Of a DNA stretch of 64,000 nucleotides, positions 29,197 through 38,939 are shown one piece after another. The position numbers and the translations under genes were made by a program. This DNA is from an uncultured Candidatus Binatia bacterium (lineage in GTDB: Bacteria > Desulfobacterota > Binatia > Bin18). The stretch spans positions 3,424,001-3,488,000 of the forward strand of contig OZ243961.1 in the NCBI GenBank assembly GCA_965214605.1, in the 5' to 3' direction. The notes under the pieces were generated by a model. The model did no database searches. It was not told the DNA's origin and saw nothing but the letters and a program-made list of their open reading frames with translations. The number at the start of each line of letters is the position of its first letter. The first letter of the stretch is position 1.

Positions 29197-29847
29197 ATGC
29201 ACTTCGCACCACAAGGATATCCCTGGATCTTCGGCCTTGGCACGACGTCGCTTTTCCTCGGCCTGCTCGATTTTCGCACTCCCAGCCTGGGTGTCTTCTT
29301 TCTGTGCCTGTTTGTCGCCTATTTCTTTCGTGATCCGGACCGTACGCCTCCCGAAGGCCAGCACCTCATCCTAGCACCTGCCGACGGGAAGGTCGTGACT
29401 ATCGAGCAACCGTGCCACGATCCCCGTTTTTTGCGGGCTCCGACAACCCGAGTGGGTATTTTTATGTCTCCTCTAGACGTGCATGTGAATCGGCTATCGG
29501 TGTCGGGTCAGATTGAGGCAGTTCGCTATCAGCCCGGAAAATTCCGCCCGGCCTTTGCCGAAGAGGCAACTGAGGTCAACGAGCAGAATGTTGTGACCAT
29601 CCAAGACGAGCAGGGATACAGAATCGCCCTGGTTCAGATTGCCGGTCTCTTGGCCCGACGGATCGTGTGTCGGCTGAAAGGCGGTGAGCGGGTGGAACAA
29701 GGCGCACGATATGGCATGATTATGTTCGGCTCTCGGGTCGATGTGTACTGTCCGGCCCAGGTCGATCTCAGGGTTGAGGTTGGACAGCGGGTGAAGGCCG
29801 GTGAGACGATTCTGGCGACTTATCTCCCGGCCCCAGTGAAGACGTGA
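29197..29847 (+). CDS. psd: Phosphatidylserine decarboxylase proenzyme
   Basis: FFRDP, APADG, FMSPLDVHVNR and FGSRVD self-cleavage motif. Confidence 0.95.
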   Translation: MHFAPQGYPWIFGLGTTSLFLGLLDFRTPSLGVFFLCLFVAYFFRDPDRTPPEGQHLILAPADGKVVTIEQPCHDPRFLRAPTTRVGIFMSPLDVHVNRLSVSGQIEAVRYQPGKFRPAFAEEATEVNEQNVVTIQDEQGYRIALVQIAGLLARRIVCRLKGGERVEQGARYGMIMFGSRVDVYCPAQVDLRVEVGQRVKAGETILATYLPAPVKT

Positions 29848-29860
29848 GAAGCGAGACGGT

Positions 29861-30715
29861 ATGCCTCCCGGAAACCCTCAGACAAAGATCCGTTCCCTTC
29901 CGAAGCGGCGCAAAATAAGCCCTCCGCTGCGGAAAGGGGTCTATCTACTGCCCAACCTGTTTACCACCGGTGGGCTGTTCTGCGGCTTCTACGCCATCAT
30001 TGCCACGCTGGGCGAGAACTATGTATTTGCCGCGATTGCGGTGCTGATTGCCATGGTCTTTGATGGGCTTGATGGTCGTATCGCCCGGCTGACCAAGACC
30101 TCGAGCAAATTCGGCGTTGAGTATGACTCGTTGGCCGATCTGGTTGCTTTCGGGGTGGCGCCCGGCGTTCTGGCCTACTGTTGGGCGCTTGAGCCGTGGC
30201 AGGCCTGGGGCTGGCTTGCCGCCGCGCTGTACGTCACGTGCGGAGCGCTGCGGCTGGCCCGGTTTAATGTCAAATCTGAAGCGACGGATAAAACCCATTT
30301 TATCGGCCTACCGATTCCTGCTGCTTCGGCGGTAGTGGCAACGACCGTTCTGCTGGATGATTTTCTGGGTGGAGAATGGGGAACTGCCAAGCATATTACC
30401 CTGCTGTTGTTGGTCTATACCCTAGCCGGTCTGATGGTCAGCAATATTCGTTACTATAGTTTTAAAGAACTCAATCTTCGTGACCGTCAGCCTTTCTGGT
30501 TACTGTTGCTGTCCATTATTGGCATTCAAGTGACGATCGCCCAACCACACCTCATGCTGTTCAGCTTTTTTTGGTGCTACGCCCTCTCCGGGCCTGTCCG
30601 GCTCATGGTCCGGCTCATCAGACCTGATGTGGCAAAAAAGACCCCACTAGCTCCCCCCCCTGAAAACGTCCGCCCCCTGCAGACGCTTGACACGGACAAG
30701 GAAGGTCCGTTATAG
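29861..30715 (+). CDS. pssA: CDP-diacylglycerol--serine O-phosphatidyltransferase
   Basis: LPNLFT, DGLDGRIAR, G...DSLAD and LRLARFN motifs. Confidence 0.95.
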   Translation: MPPGNPQTKIRSLPKRRKISPPLRKGVYLLPNLFTTGGLFCGFYAIIATLGENYVFAAIAVLIAMVFDGLDGRIARLTKTSSKFGVEYDSLADLVAFGVAPGVLAYCWALEPWQAWGWLAAALYVTCGALRLARFNVKSEATDKTHFIGLPIPAASAVVATTVLLDDFLGGEWGTAKHITLLLLVYTLAGLMVSNIRYYSFKELNLRDRQPFWLLLLSIIGIQVTIAQPHLMLFSFFWCYALSGPVRLMVRLIRPDVAKKTPLAPPPENVRPLQTLDTDKEGPL

Positions 30716-30744
30716 GTAGGAGGGAAAACAAAGTCTGTAACAGG

Positions 30745-30858
30745 ATGACTGTGATGACGCACCACGTGACTCTTGGGCTATTCGGGGAGCTGGGGCGCGG
30801 CCTGCTGCTAAGCCTGCTGCTTAGCACCCCGCCTGCTGGTTCCAAGAGACACGCCTAA
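30745..30858 (+). CDS. Putative leucine attenuation leader peptide MTVMTHHVTLGLFGELGRGLLLSLLLSTPPAGSKRHA
   Basis: 37-codon ORF directly upstream of leuA with the run CTG CTG CTA AGC CTG CTG CTT; alternative start at ATG 30754. Confidence 0.75.
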   Translation: MTVMTHHVTLGLFGELGRGLLLSLLLSTPPAGSKRHA

Positions 30859-30912
30859 AAAACAAGAACTCTAAGGGGCCATGGGCGGGATTTTCAGCCT
30901 GTGGTCTTTGTC

Positions 30913-30947
30913 AAAAGGGCTGCGGGGTACCTCGTAGCCCTTTTTTT
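30913..30947 (+). terminator. Attenuator terminator upstream of leuA
   Basis: AAAAGGGCTGCGGG-GTAC-CTCGTAGCCCTTTTTTT hairpin with U-tract, ending 22 bp before the leuA ATG. Confidence 0.85.
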
Positions 30948-30969
30948 ATGACGTTGAAGGAGGACGGAT

Positions 30970-32526
30970 ATGGAACGGGAAATTGTCCAGATTTTTGACA
31001 CCACACTACGCGACGGTGAGCAGTCGCCTGGCGCTACCATGAACATCGAGGAGAAGGTCATGGTGGCCCGTCAGCTTGAGAAGCTCAACGTTGATGTGGT
31101 CGAAGCTGGGTTTGCCGCTTCGTCAGAGGGCGATTTTGAGTCGGTCAGACGGGTCGCCGAACTGATGCCGACGCCAATTGTGCTGAGTCTGTCGCGCACC
31201 AAGGAAGACGATATCCGGCGTTCGATTCAGGCGGTGGAACGCGCTAAAAACCCCGGTATCCATATTTTTATCGCGACTTCGGATATTCACCTTGACCACA
31301 AGCTGATGATGAGCCGCCAAGAGGCGCTCGACGCCTCGGTCTGGGCGGTGAGCTACGCAAAAAAATATCTCGATTATGTTGAATTTTCGGCTGAGGATGC
31401 ATCTCGGACCGATCCCAATTATCTGGTCGAGATTTTTGGCGAGGTCATCAGAGCCGGCGCGGTTACCATCAACGTGCCGGATACCACGGGCTATGCGGTG
31501 CCGGAGCAGTATGGCCAACTCTTTACCTTTCTGCGCGAGAACGTGCCCGACGGACAGACGGTCAAGTGGAGCGCCCATTGCCACAATGATCTAGGTCTGG
31601 CGGTGGCCAACTCGCTGTCCGCCATTGAACATGGCGCCCGTCAGGTCGAGTGCACGATCAACGGCATTGGTGAACGCGCCGGGAATACCTCAATGGAAGA
31701 AGTGGTAATGGCGCTCAGAACACGCCAGGACATCTTTGATAATGTGACAACCTGCGTCGTCACCGAGCAGATTTATCCGTCCAGCCAGCTGCTATCACAG
31801 ATTACGGGTATCTCGGTTCCCCTCAACAAGCCGGTGGTCGGTGCTAACGCGTTTGCCCATGAGGCTGGCATTCATCAGGACGGGGTACTGAAAAACAAAC
31901 TGACCTATGAGATCATGCAGCCCCAGACCATTGGTTTGGCCAGCAATAAGCTGGTCCTGGGCAAACATTCTGGCCGCCACGCGTTTGTCGATCGGTTGAA
32001 AACCCTAGGTATTGACTACACCGGGACCGATATGAACAAAGCCTTCGAACGTTTCAAAGCCTTGGCCGACAAGAAAAAGAACGTCTATGATGAAGACCTG
32101 ATTGCGATCGTGACCGAGGAGACCGTCCGCCTGCCGGATAAATACGAACTGCTGTATCTGAACGTGACTTCATCGAGCATGGCGGTACCCTACGCCACGA
32201 TCAAAATGAAGGTGGACGAAGACGAGATCGTCGATAGTGCAGCTGGCGACGGCATGGTTGACGCCTGTTTCAAAGCGGTTACCAAGATTGCTGGCCTTGA
32301 ACCAGAACTCGAGCGTTACACGGTCAAGTCGATTACGGGCGGAGCCGATGCCCAGGGCGAAGTGTCATGCCTAATCCGTGAGAACGGCACATCGGTCAAC
32401 GGTCAGGGAGCTCACACCGATATTATTATGGCCAGCGCTTTGGCCTTTATTAACGCCCTGAATAAACTGGCCCACCGCGAGCGCTATTATCAGAATCAGA
32501 CCGCGACTGGGCGGATGGGGCCCTAA
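30970..32526 (+). CDS. leuA: 2-isopropylmalate synthase
   Basis: DTTLRDGEQ, HCHND.G, GIGERAGN, HEAGIHQDG and GKHSG motifs plus the C-terminal regulatory domain. Confidence 0.97.
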   Translation: MEREIVQIFDTTLRDGEQSPGATMNIEEKVMVARQLEKLNVDVVEAGFAASSEGDFESVRRVAELMPTPIVLSLSRTKEDDIRRSIQAVERAKNPGIHIFIATSDIHLDHKLMMSRQEALDASVWAVSYAKKYLDYVEFSAEDASRTDPNYLVEIFGEVIRAGAVTINVPDTTGYAVPEQYGQLFTFLRENVPDGQTVKWSAHCHNDLGLAVANSLSAIEHGARQVECTINGIGERAGNTSMEEVVMALRTRQDIFDNVTTCVVTEQIYPSSQLLSQITGISVPLNKPVVGANAFAHEAGIHQDGVLKNKLTYEIMQPQTIGLASNKLVLGKHSGRHAFVDRLKTLGIDYTGTDMNKAFERFKALADKKKNVYDEDLIAIVTEETVRLPDKYELLYLNVTSSSMAVPYATIKMKVDEDEIVDSAAGDGMVDACFKAVTKIAGLEPELERYTVKSITGGADAQGEVSCLIRENGTSVNGQGAHTDIIMASALAFINALNKLAHRERYYQNQTATGRMGP

Positions 32527-32564
32527 CCGCCCGCCGTGCCCCACAGGAACAGTAAGGAGGCAGA

Positions 32565-33638
32565 ATGGCCCACAAAATTGCGCTCTTTGCCGGCGACGGC
32601 ATCGGCCCTGAAGTCATTGGCGAGGCCCTGGAAATCCTGAAGGTCATCGAACAACGGTTTGGCCTGACCCTGACCTATGAACAAGCCTTGGCTGGCGGCT
32701 GCTCGATTGACGCCCACGGCGTGGCGCTGACCGACTCAGCACTCCGGGTAGCGACAGAGAGTGACGCCGTGCTGCTCGGGGCAGTTGGTGGCCCCAAGTG
32801 GGACGACCCACAGTCCTCGGTCCGCCCTGAGCAGGCTATCCTGGGGCTGCGCAAAGAGCTCGCCTTGTATGCCAATCTCCGCCCCCTCCAGGTCAACCGC
32901 CATCTGGTACATGCTTCCACCCTCAAACCCGAGGTGCTGGATGGGGTGGATCTGATCGTTGTGCGCGAGCTGACCGGCGGGGTCTACTACGGCCGACCGA
33001 GCGAGCGTCGGACCGGACCGTCTGGACGTGAGGCGGTCGATACGATTTTCTATACTGAGGGCGAAGTCGAGCGCGTGATGCGGACCTCCTTCGAACTAGC
33101 CCGCAAACGCCGCAAGAAAGTCACCTCGGTTGACAAGGCGAACATTATGGCCACTTCACGTATGTGGCGCGAGGTGGCCCATGAGGTGGCCAAGGACTAT
33201 CCGGACATTGAATATGAGGACGTCTTGGTTGATGCAATGTCCATGCATCTCATTCGCCGGCCGCGCGATTTTGATGTGATTGCCGCGGAGAATATGTTTG
33301 GCGATATTTTGACCGACGAGGCGTCGATGATCGCCGGCTCCATGGGCCTGCTGCCCTCGGCCTCATTGGGCGAAGGCAGCAGGGGCTTGTACGAACCTAT
33401 CCACGGCACTGCGCCGGATATTGCTGGCCAAGACAAAGCCAACCCCCTGGCCGCCTTGCTGTCCACCGCGTTGATGCTGCGCCTGTCCTTTCAGCAGGAA
33501 GAGGCCGCTCAGGCAATTGAAGCCGCGGTCGATACGACTCTGGCCGACGGCTACCGCACGCCCGACATTGCGCAGCCCGAGTGCCGCGTAGTCGGCTGCA
33601 AGGAAATGGGGCGGCTGGTGCGCGACCGATTACCATAG
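32565..33638 (+). CDS. leuB: 3-isopropylmalate dehydrogenase
   Basis: [32 protein letters not shown] and [12 protein letters not shown] motifs. Confidence 0.97.
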   Translation: MAHKIALFAGDGIGPEVIGEALEILKVIEQRFGLTLTYEQALAGGCSIDAHGVALTDSALRVATESDAVLLGAVGGPKWDDPQSSVRPEQAILGLRKELALYANLRPLQVNRHLVHASTLKPEVLDGVDLIVVRELTGGVYYGRPSERRTGPSGREAVDTIFYTEGEVERVMRTSFELARKRRKKVTSVDKANIMATSRMWREVAHEVAKDYPDIEYEDVLVDAMSMHLIRRPRDFDVIAAENMFGDILTDEASMIAGSMGLLPSASLGEGSRGLYEPIHGTAPDIAGQDKANPLAALLSTALMLRLSFQQEEAAQAIEAAVDTTLADGYRTPDIAQPECRVVGCKEMGRLVRDRLP

Positions 33639-33964
33639 AGAGGAGTCGAGAGAAAACTACTCACCGGTACGGACGTGACACTAGCTAACAAATCAGACAA
33701 GAGAGATGAGGAAGAGAGGGTTAGCGTCTTCGCCGCCGTTCTCAATCCTCCGTAGGCAATCCTCTAGCATTCTCATGGAAGGGCGCGCTCCCATTCCGCA
33801 TAGCAGATTGCCAAAAGTTGAGCGCCCTTGTTGGTAAGCCTCTGAGAGATGAGCGAAAAGTCCGAGTCGATATCGCCCACCATTGCCTCCTGCCCTCTTC
33901 CGACAGCCAAGTACTGGGACTCAAGCCCGTGCATCAGGACGCCCGAAAGCTCGTCGCTCCCTCC

Positions 33965-34240
33965 GCGAATAGCCCAAGCGCCCCGTCCTTCTTGATGAAC
34001 TCGTCGCGCAAGTCGACAATGATCAGCCGCCCCCAGGTGAATGGGGGACTTCAGACGAACATTGTCGTCGATGTATTTGCCTGCAAGATCAAGGCCCAGG
34101 CGCGTCATGTCCTTCAAGTGGTGGTCAGGAGGCTTGCCGAGTCGACCCCTTGGCGCATGCCAGCGAGCATGAGGTCATTCCGCAGCGACTTCACCACACG
34201 GTTGATCTGGGCGGATGTGGGAATTTCGCTGGCCGACATC
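33965..34240 (-). pseudogene. Frameshifted fragment of a large ATPase resembling the MADS defence protein MAD8
   Basis: Joining frames gives QINRVVKSLRNDLMLAGMRQGVDSASL / HLKDMTRLGLDLAGKYIDDNVRL / GRLIIVDLRDEFIKKDGALGLF. The resemblance is from recall of the family and is unverified. Confidence 0.5.
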
Positions 34241-34269
34241 GTGAACGCAGAAACCATCGCAGTCACAGA

Positions 34270-34387
34270 GGTGAAGCTGCCCAGGGACGAATGTCACGTT
34301 TTCCAGAAAGGCGTTCCACTGGCGTTGCTTCTGCTCATCTTCAGCGAACACGGGGATGTCCGAGGAAGCCAAAGCCCGATACGTCAA
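34270..34387 (-). pseudogene. C-terminal fragment of an AbiEii/AbiGii nucleotidyltransferase toxin
   Basis: FAEDEQKQRQWNAFLENV matches the typical F..D..KQ.QW.AF end of AbiEii proteins. Confidence 0.6.
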
Positions 34388-34499
34388 CGGGGAGTACGTT
34401 CGTCTGACTGACTACGTTCCCAAGCGCTGCGACCGATGCGCGCGATCATAGCTAGACCAGGATGCGCGCTTTCCTGTCGGGGCGCCTCCGTCTGCAGGC

Positions 34500-34991
34500 G
34501 TGCTCGCCATGCCCGCGGGCCGAGTGTGGTCCCAGCGCTGGCGTGAGACGCCGGGTCGGTACCTCTCCGGCCGCATCCCGGCCATCGTTCTGGAGCTGGA
34601 GAAGGCCACGGTGTGGAGATCGCACGGCTCGTCGAAAAGGGAGAGCGCTAGGCGGAGATTGCACGTCGGCGCCGAGAGGCTCAATACGGAACGGTGGCGG
34701 CGCGAAGGGGAGGTGCGGCGGGCCATGAAGGACAGGAGAGAGGCACTGCTCGAGATCGTCGACGTTTGGGCGGCAGCGAAGCGACTCGAAGAGTGCTGTG
34801 CCGATGTCGAACGCCGTGCACAGGATTTACCTGATGAGCAACGAGAGCGCACAATAGAACGATCTCGACGGGCGCGCGGATTGCTCGACAGAACCAACGC
34901 GCTGGAGCGATTCGACGCATGGCGGGCGCCAGAGAGTGATTTTCTCGGGAAATATTCACTCGACCAGCGACGCACTTCTGGACTAGCCTAA
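34500..34991 (+). pseudogene. C-terminal remnant of a helical hypothetical protein of the kind found in integrative elements
   Basis: Protein-like ORF (QRWRE...IPAIVLELE...LLEIVDVWAAA...ALERFDAWRAPE) with no credible start; its end abuts the IS terminus. Confidence 0.45.
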
Positions 34992-36739
34992 ACTTCTAAT
35001 GGCGGGTAAGTGGTGACCGATGATTGTGGCGTTGAATTATGCAAAGTCGGAGGTTCAGGGGCTGTTTACACGGCTTGTTTAGGTGGGGAGGGGGAGGCCA
35101 AGGAGTTCGCAGGCCCGCTGCTGCACGGTCGTGGGCAAGCTGGGGTGGGCCAAGGGGTGAGCCGCGCCGCGCCGGCGCATGGTGTGTCGGGTCCGGGTGG
35201 CCAGCGGCGCGCGCCGACCGGCGACAGGGGCCCCCTGGAGGGCCACGGTCTTGAGGAAGCGAAACGCCCGGTCGTGCTGGGCCAGTTGGGTGTAGGCCCG
35301 CACCGTGTCCGGTGGGTTGAGGGCCTGGGCCGGCAGGGAGGTCTGGAGGACGGCCCCCCCATCGAGACGCGCTTCCCAGGCAATGGCCTGGGCTTTAGGG
35401 ATGTCGGTCCTGGCCGTTGCGGTGAGGGTGAGCTCGAAGGGCTTGGCCATCTTGAAGCGCCCCAGCCCTGTGCCGCCCCGAAGGCGGATACGGTCCTGGC
35501 CGCGCCGGGTTGCCCAGGCCATGGCGGCGCGCGCGGTGACCTGCAGCACTGCCGCGCGCTTGTGTGCGCGCTCCTCGCCTAGCAGCGGGGTCAAACAGGC
35601 GATAAGGCGCGCGCCAGGAAACGCCGTCTGGGCCACCTCGGTTCGGGCCGTGCGGGCGCACCGCGCCCGCGGACCCTTCCCGCGGGCCAGCTTGCCGCTG
35701 GCCTCACTGCCCAGCGCGCTGCTCCCGTCCCAGCCGTCGCCCTCACGCAGCGCTTCGTCGAGGCACGCGCGGGTGAGCAGCCCGCGCGCCCCGACCAGCA
35801 CCACGCGCTACCGGCGCTTCGGCCGGCAGCGCTGGGCGCTCTGGGCGGTCCGGGAGGCGGGGGCGTCGGGGTGGCCCTCATAGCCCTGCCCAGCTAGCGG
35901 GCAGCCCTGAGCGGTGCACGACCGCCCTGAGACGATCTGCCGCTTGCCCTGCTGGTCATCCGCGAGTGCCCCCGCGGCGGGCAAGGCGCTACCCTCGCCC
36001 TGCGACGTAGCTGGAGGTGACGGCGTAGAGTCCCCGCGTGCCGGCGCGGCAGGGGACGGTTGGCCAACGCGCGTGCGAGGCGTCCCGCACGCGCGACCAC
36101 CCCATCCATGGCGGCCTACCGCTCCTCGGCACTGCTGTCGGTGACCTGGGACCCATCGCGCCCAAGAGCGCGCCGCCATGGCGGCGGTCCAAAGCCCGCG
36201 CAGGGGCCAGCTTCGAGACCGGGGCCCATCCCCGCGCGGCGACCAGGGCGCTACCGCGGGGGCGGTCGGGACTGGGGCCCGGGGACAAGCGGCGCTCCAG
36301 GTCACGGGCCTGGAGCGTGCCCACGGTGGCGCAGACCTGGCCGTGGGGTAGGCGGCGCAGAAGCTCGCAGGAGGGGTCGGCGGGCAGCAGTCCGGCTAGT
36401 GCCTGGCAACGCATCTCAATGACAGGTTCAGGGAGGAGGGAGAGATTGCCGACAGTCTAGGTCTTGCCCTGGCCGCCTTCGCGCCGGGACCTTCGCAGAC
36501 GATCGGTCTTGGAGAGGCGGCCCTTGTCGTGGCGCGGTGGCGTGGCGACGTGAACCGGCCCCCTTTCTCGATGTCAGGGGCCACAAATCCGCGCTCTGTG
36601 GAGGGTCGTCAAGACCTCATGGCCGAGTTTCGTGTCGCCAAAGGCACCTGGAATAGTGGCTTGTTGTCAAAGAATTCCTCATAAAAACACTATGTTATCG
36701 GCGATCTGATCCCCAAACTTCATCAGAAGTTCAGCCTAG
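34983..36739 (-). mobile_element. Decayed IS1634-family element with imperfect terminal inverted repeats
   Basis: Minus-strand remnants LRRSRREGGQGK..TVGNLS.LP, LPHGQV, LYAVTSSY, QIVSG..CTAQGCPL, VLVGARGLLT, FPGARLIAC, FKMAKPF and RAFRFLKT. Ends read CTAG-CCTAAACTTCTAATG (34983, +) and CTAG-GCTGAACTTCTGATG (36739, -). Confidence 0.85.
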
Positions 36740-36753
36740 TGCTTCTTTGTCTC

Positions 36754-37125
36754 TCAACGATAATTTGCTTGCCGCCTCCGGTCCCGACCCTTGGGATGAC
36801 ACGGAAGCGGTGCCTCGCATCGCCCCAATCTGTCGTAAATGCCGGAACGCCTTGCCTCAATCGGGTTGTCCTGGACCCTTTTGGTCTCCTCGTCGGCGTG
36901 GCGTCCCTCGACGTCTTTCTCCTGAGACCTGAATATCTCGACAATGACGCTGGACCTCTGCAAGACAGCAGGAGGAAGAACGGATCCGCTGGTTGATGAA
37001 GGTGGACTTCCCGGCCTTTGCTTTCCCTTCCCCCATAAGTCCCGGCCGTTTTCCAAATCTTCGATGCCGCTTTTTAGGAAATCAACATCGGTCCCATCCT
37101 CGGTGTCACCGCAAAAAAAGAGCAA
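36754..37125 (-). pseudogene. N-terminal fragment of a dynamin-like GTPase
   Basis: Joining frames gives IEDLENGR.. / MGEGKAKAGKSTFIN / VLPPAVLQRSSVIVEIFRS, matching the G1-G2 region of bacterial dynamin-family proteins; truncated near the IS end. Confidence 0.55.
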
Positions 37126-37394
37126 GCGCTGACATCTATCCAGAACCGAGGTTTCCCTCTCATCCTAACTGCCATCCGATTACTATTCCCGCTCCCGATT
37201 CTGGTCTCCGTTTCCGATCTACGAGGATATCTCTGAGCGTGGGATTCCAGATTTGTCCGATACTATGGCTCTGACACCTGACTAGGCAAGACGCCCGCTC
37301 ATCGTACAGGTTGAAAGATTGCCAATGAGCGCACGTACTCTCCTAGCGCACGACACTTCCTCAGTCATAGACGGAGCAAGACAAGGGGAAGAGG

Positions 37395-37958
37395 TTACTT
37401 GAGCAGCAGGTCATACCAGTGAAACGCCACTACAACCAGAGCGTGGGTAATGTCTCCCCGGCGGATGAGGTCTGGAATATCGGCCAGAGGGACTAGGACG
37501 ACCTCAGTTTCTTCGGTGGTGTCGAAGTGGGTGTCAAAACGCTTGTGAGCGTTGGGGGCGAGAAAGCTGTGGCAGCGGTTGGCCTGAATAGCCGGGTTAG
37601 GGTGGATCGCGCTCAAGGAGATCACTTCATCCGAGTCATAGCCGGTCTCTTCCTGCATCTCGCGCCGTGCGGCATGGAGCGGAGAGGGATCTTCAGCGTC
37701 AACCATACCGCCCGGAATTTCTAGGGTCATGGCCTCGACCCCGTGCCGATATTGACGAATCAACACAACCTGTTTATCCGGGGTGAGCGGAATGATGTTC
37801 ACCCAGTCGCCAGCCTCTAAGACGTAGAAGTCGTGTCCCCGGCCGGTCCGGGGCGAGCGTTTATGGTCTTCCCGGAGCGAGAAGATCCGACACGAATAGA
37901 CGGTCTGGGAGCGGAGGCGTTGCCAAGCTTTGAGCGTTCTAGAGGCGCGGGAACTCAT
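37395..37958 (-). CDS. NUDIX hydrolase (ADP-ribose pyrophosphatase-like)
   Basis: RQYR, LEIPGG and AARREMQEETGY Nudix box. Confidence 0.92.
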   Translation of the reverse strand: MSSRASRTLKAWQRLRSQTVYSCRIFSLREDHKRSPRTGRGHDFYVLEAGDWVNIIPLTPDKQVVLIRQYRHGVEAMTLEIPGGMVDAEDPSPLHAARREMQEETGYDSDEVISLSAIHPNPAIQANRCHSFLAPNAHKRFDTHFDTTEETEVVLVPLADIPDLIRRGDITHALVVVAFHWYDLLLK

Positions 37959-37973
37959 GTCTTGGACTGCCGA

Positions 37974-38390
37974 CTAGAAGAGGCGACGATATTCAATCGC
38001 CGGACACCGGTCCATGACGACCGTCAGTCCGGCCTGTTGGGCCTTGCCGGCCGCGGCCGCGTCAATAACGCCGAGTTGCAACCACAGGATTGAAGCCCGT
38101 GCCGCAATGGCCTCATCGGCAATCTGGGCGACAAACTCCGAGCGGCGGAACACGTCCACCATATCAACCGGCTCAGGAATATCGCTCAGGCTAGCATAAC
38201 AGGGCTGACCAAGTATCTCTCGGCAGTTGGGGTTGACCGGGATCACGGTGTGGCCCCTGGCCTTGAGTAGGGCAGCGATCCGGTGGCTGTCCCGGTCCGG
38301 GTCCGGGGAACAACCGACCACAGCAACGGTCTTGGGTATAGCTAGAATGTCGTAAATCTCGGTATCCGATGGGTTTTCAAAAGGGTGCAT
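37974..38390 (-). CDS. CoA-binding protein (YccU-like)
   Basis: AVVGCS, IPVNP, VDVFR, WLQLG and VVMDRC motifs. Confidence 0.9.
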   Translation of the reverse strand: MHPFENPSDTEIYDILAIPKTVAVVGCSPDPDRDSHRIAALLKARGHTVIPVNPNCREILGQPCYASLSDIPEPVDMVDVFRRSEFVAQIADEAIAARASILWLQLGVIDAAAAGKAQQAGLTVVMDRCPAIEYRRLF

Positions 38391-38877
38391 AGGACAAGCG
38401 TAGCAGATCTGCGAAGGAGTTTTCTAGACAGCGGCGAATCTCGACCATGCGGGCCCGAAAGGCATCTTCGCCCTGCATGGCCGGGTCGTCAATATCGCCC
38501 TCCTCGCCAGCAAACTCTTTAAGGGTGTAGGCCGGTTTGCCCCCGGCTTCTGGATAGGCGTCGAGCATCTCTTTCTGCTCCTGGGTCATGGTCAGAATCA
38601 GGTTCGCCTCATCAATCAGATACCGGTGACGTTTGAGGTCGGTCGAGACAAAGTCTTCGGCTTGCAGGTGAATCCCGTGTTCACGCAGGATCAAGCGTGC
38701 ATCGAGCGAAGCGTACATTCGATCTCGGGCGTAAATCGCAATGCCACCAGAACGAATAGTGATGTGCGTCACATTGCGATCCTTGAGCATTTTTTCAAGT
38801 AGAGAGTGGGCCATCACGCTCCGGCTGGTGTTGGCGTGACAGACGATCAGCACACGGTAGGGTTGTGGTTGGGTCAC
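38377..38877 (-). CDS. Low-molecular-weight protein phosphatase family
   Basis: C-x5-R loop VCHANTSRS, ILTM and DIDDP. Start placed at GTG 38877; the longer ORF overlaps the SDR gene. Confidence 0.82.
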   Translation of the reverse strand: MTQPQPYRVLIVCHANTSRSVMAHSLLEKMLKDRNVTHITIRSGGIAIYARDRMYASLDARLILREHGIHLQAEDFVSTDLKRHRYLIDEANLILTMTQEQKEMLDAYPEAGGKPAYTLKEFAGEEGDIDDPAMQGEDAFRARMVEIRRCLENSFADLLRLSYAPF

Positions 38878-38939
38878 TGAGCTCTGGAAGAGACACGGCG
38901 GCCATACTGCAGCCGGCCGCTGTGTCTGAGGTGGGTCAC

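Noticed and set aside
33818-34411. 197-aa plus-strand ORF (and 59389-59739 +) as real genes
   Set aside because: They are antisense to recognisable minus-strand pseudogene fragments.
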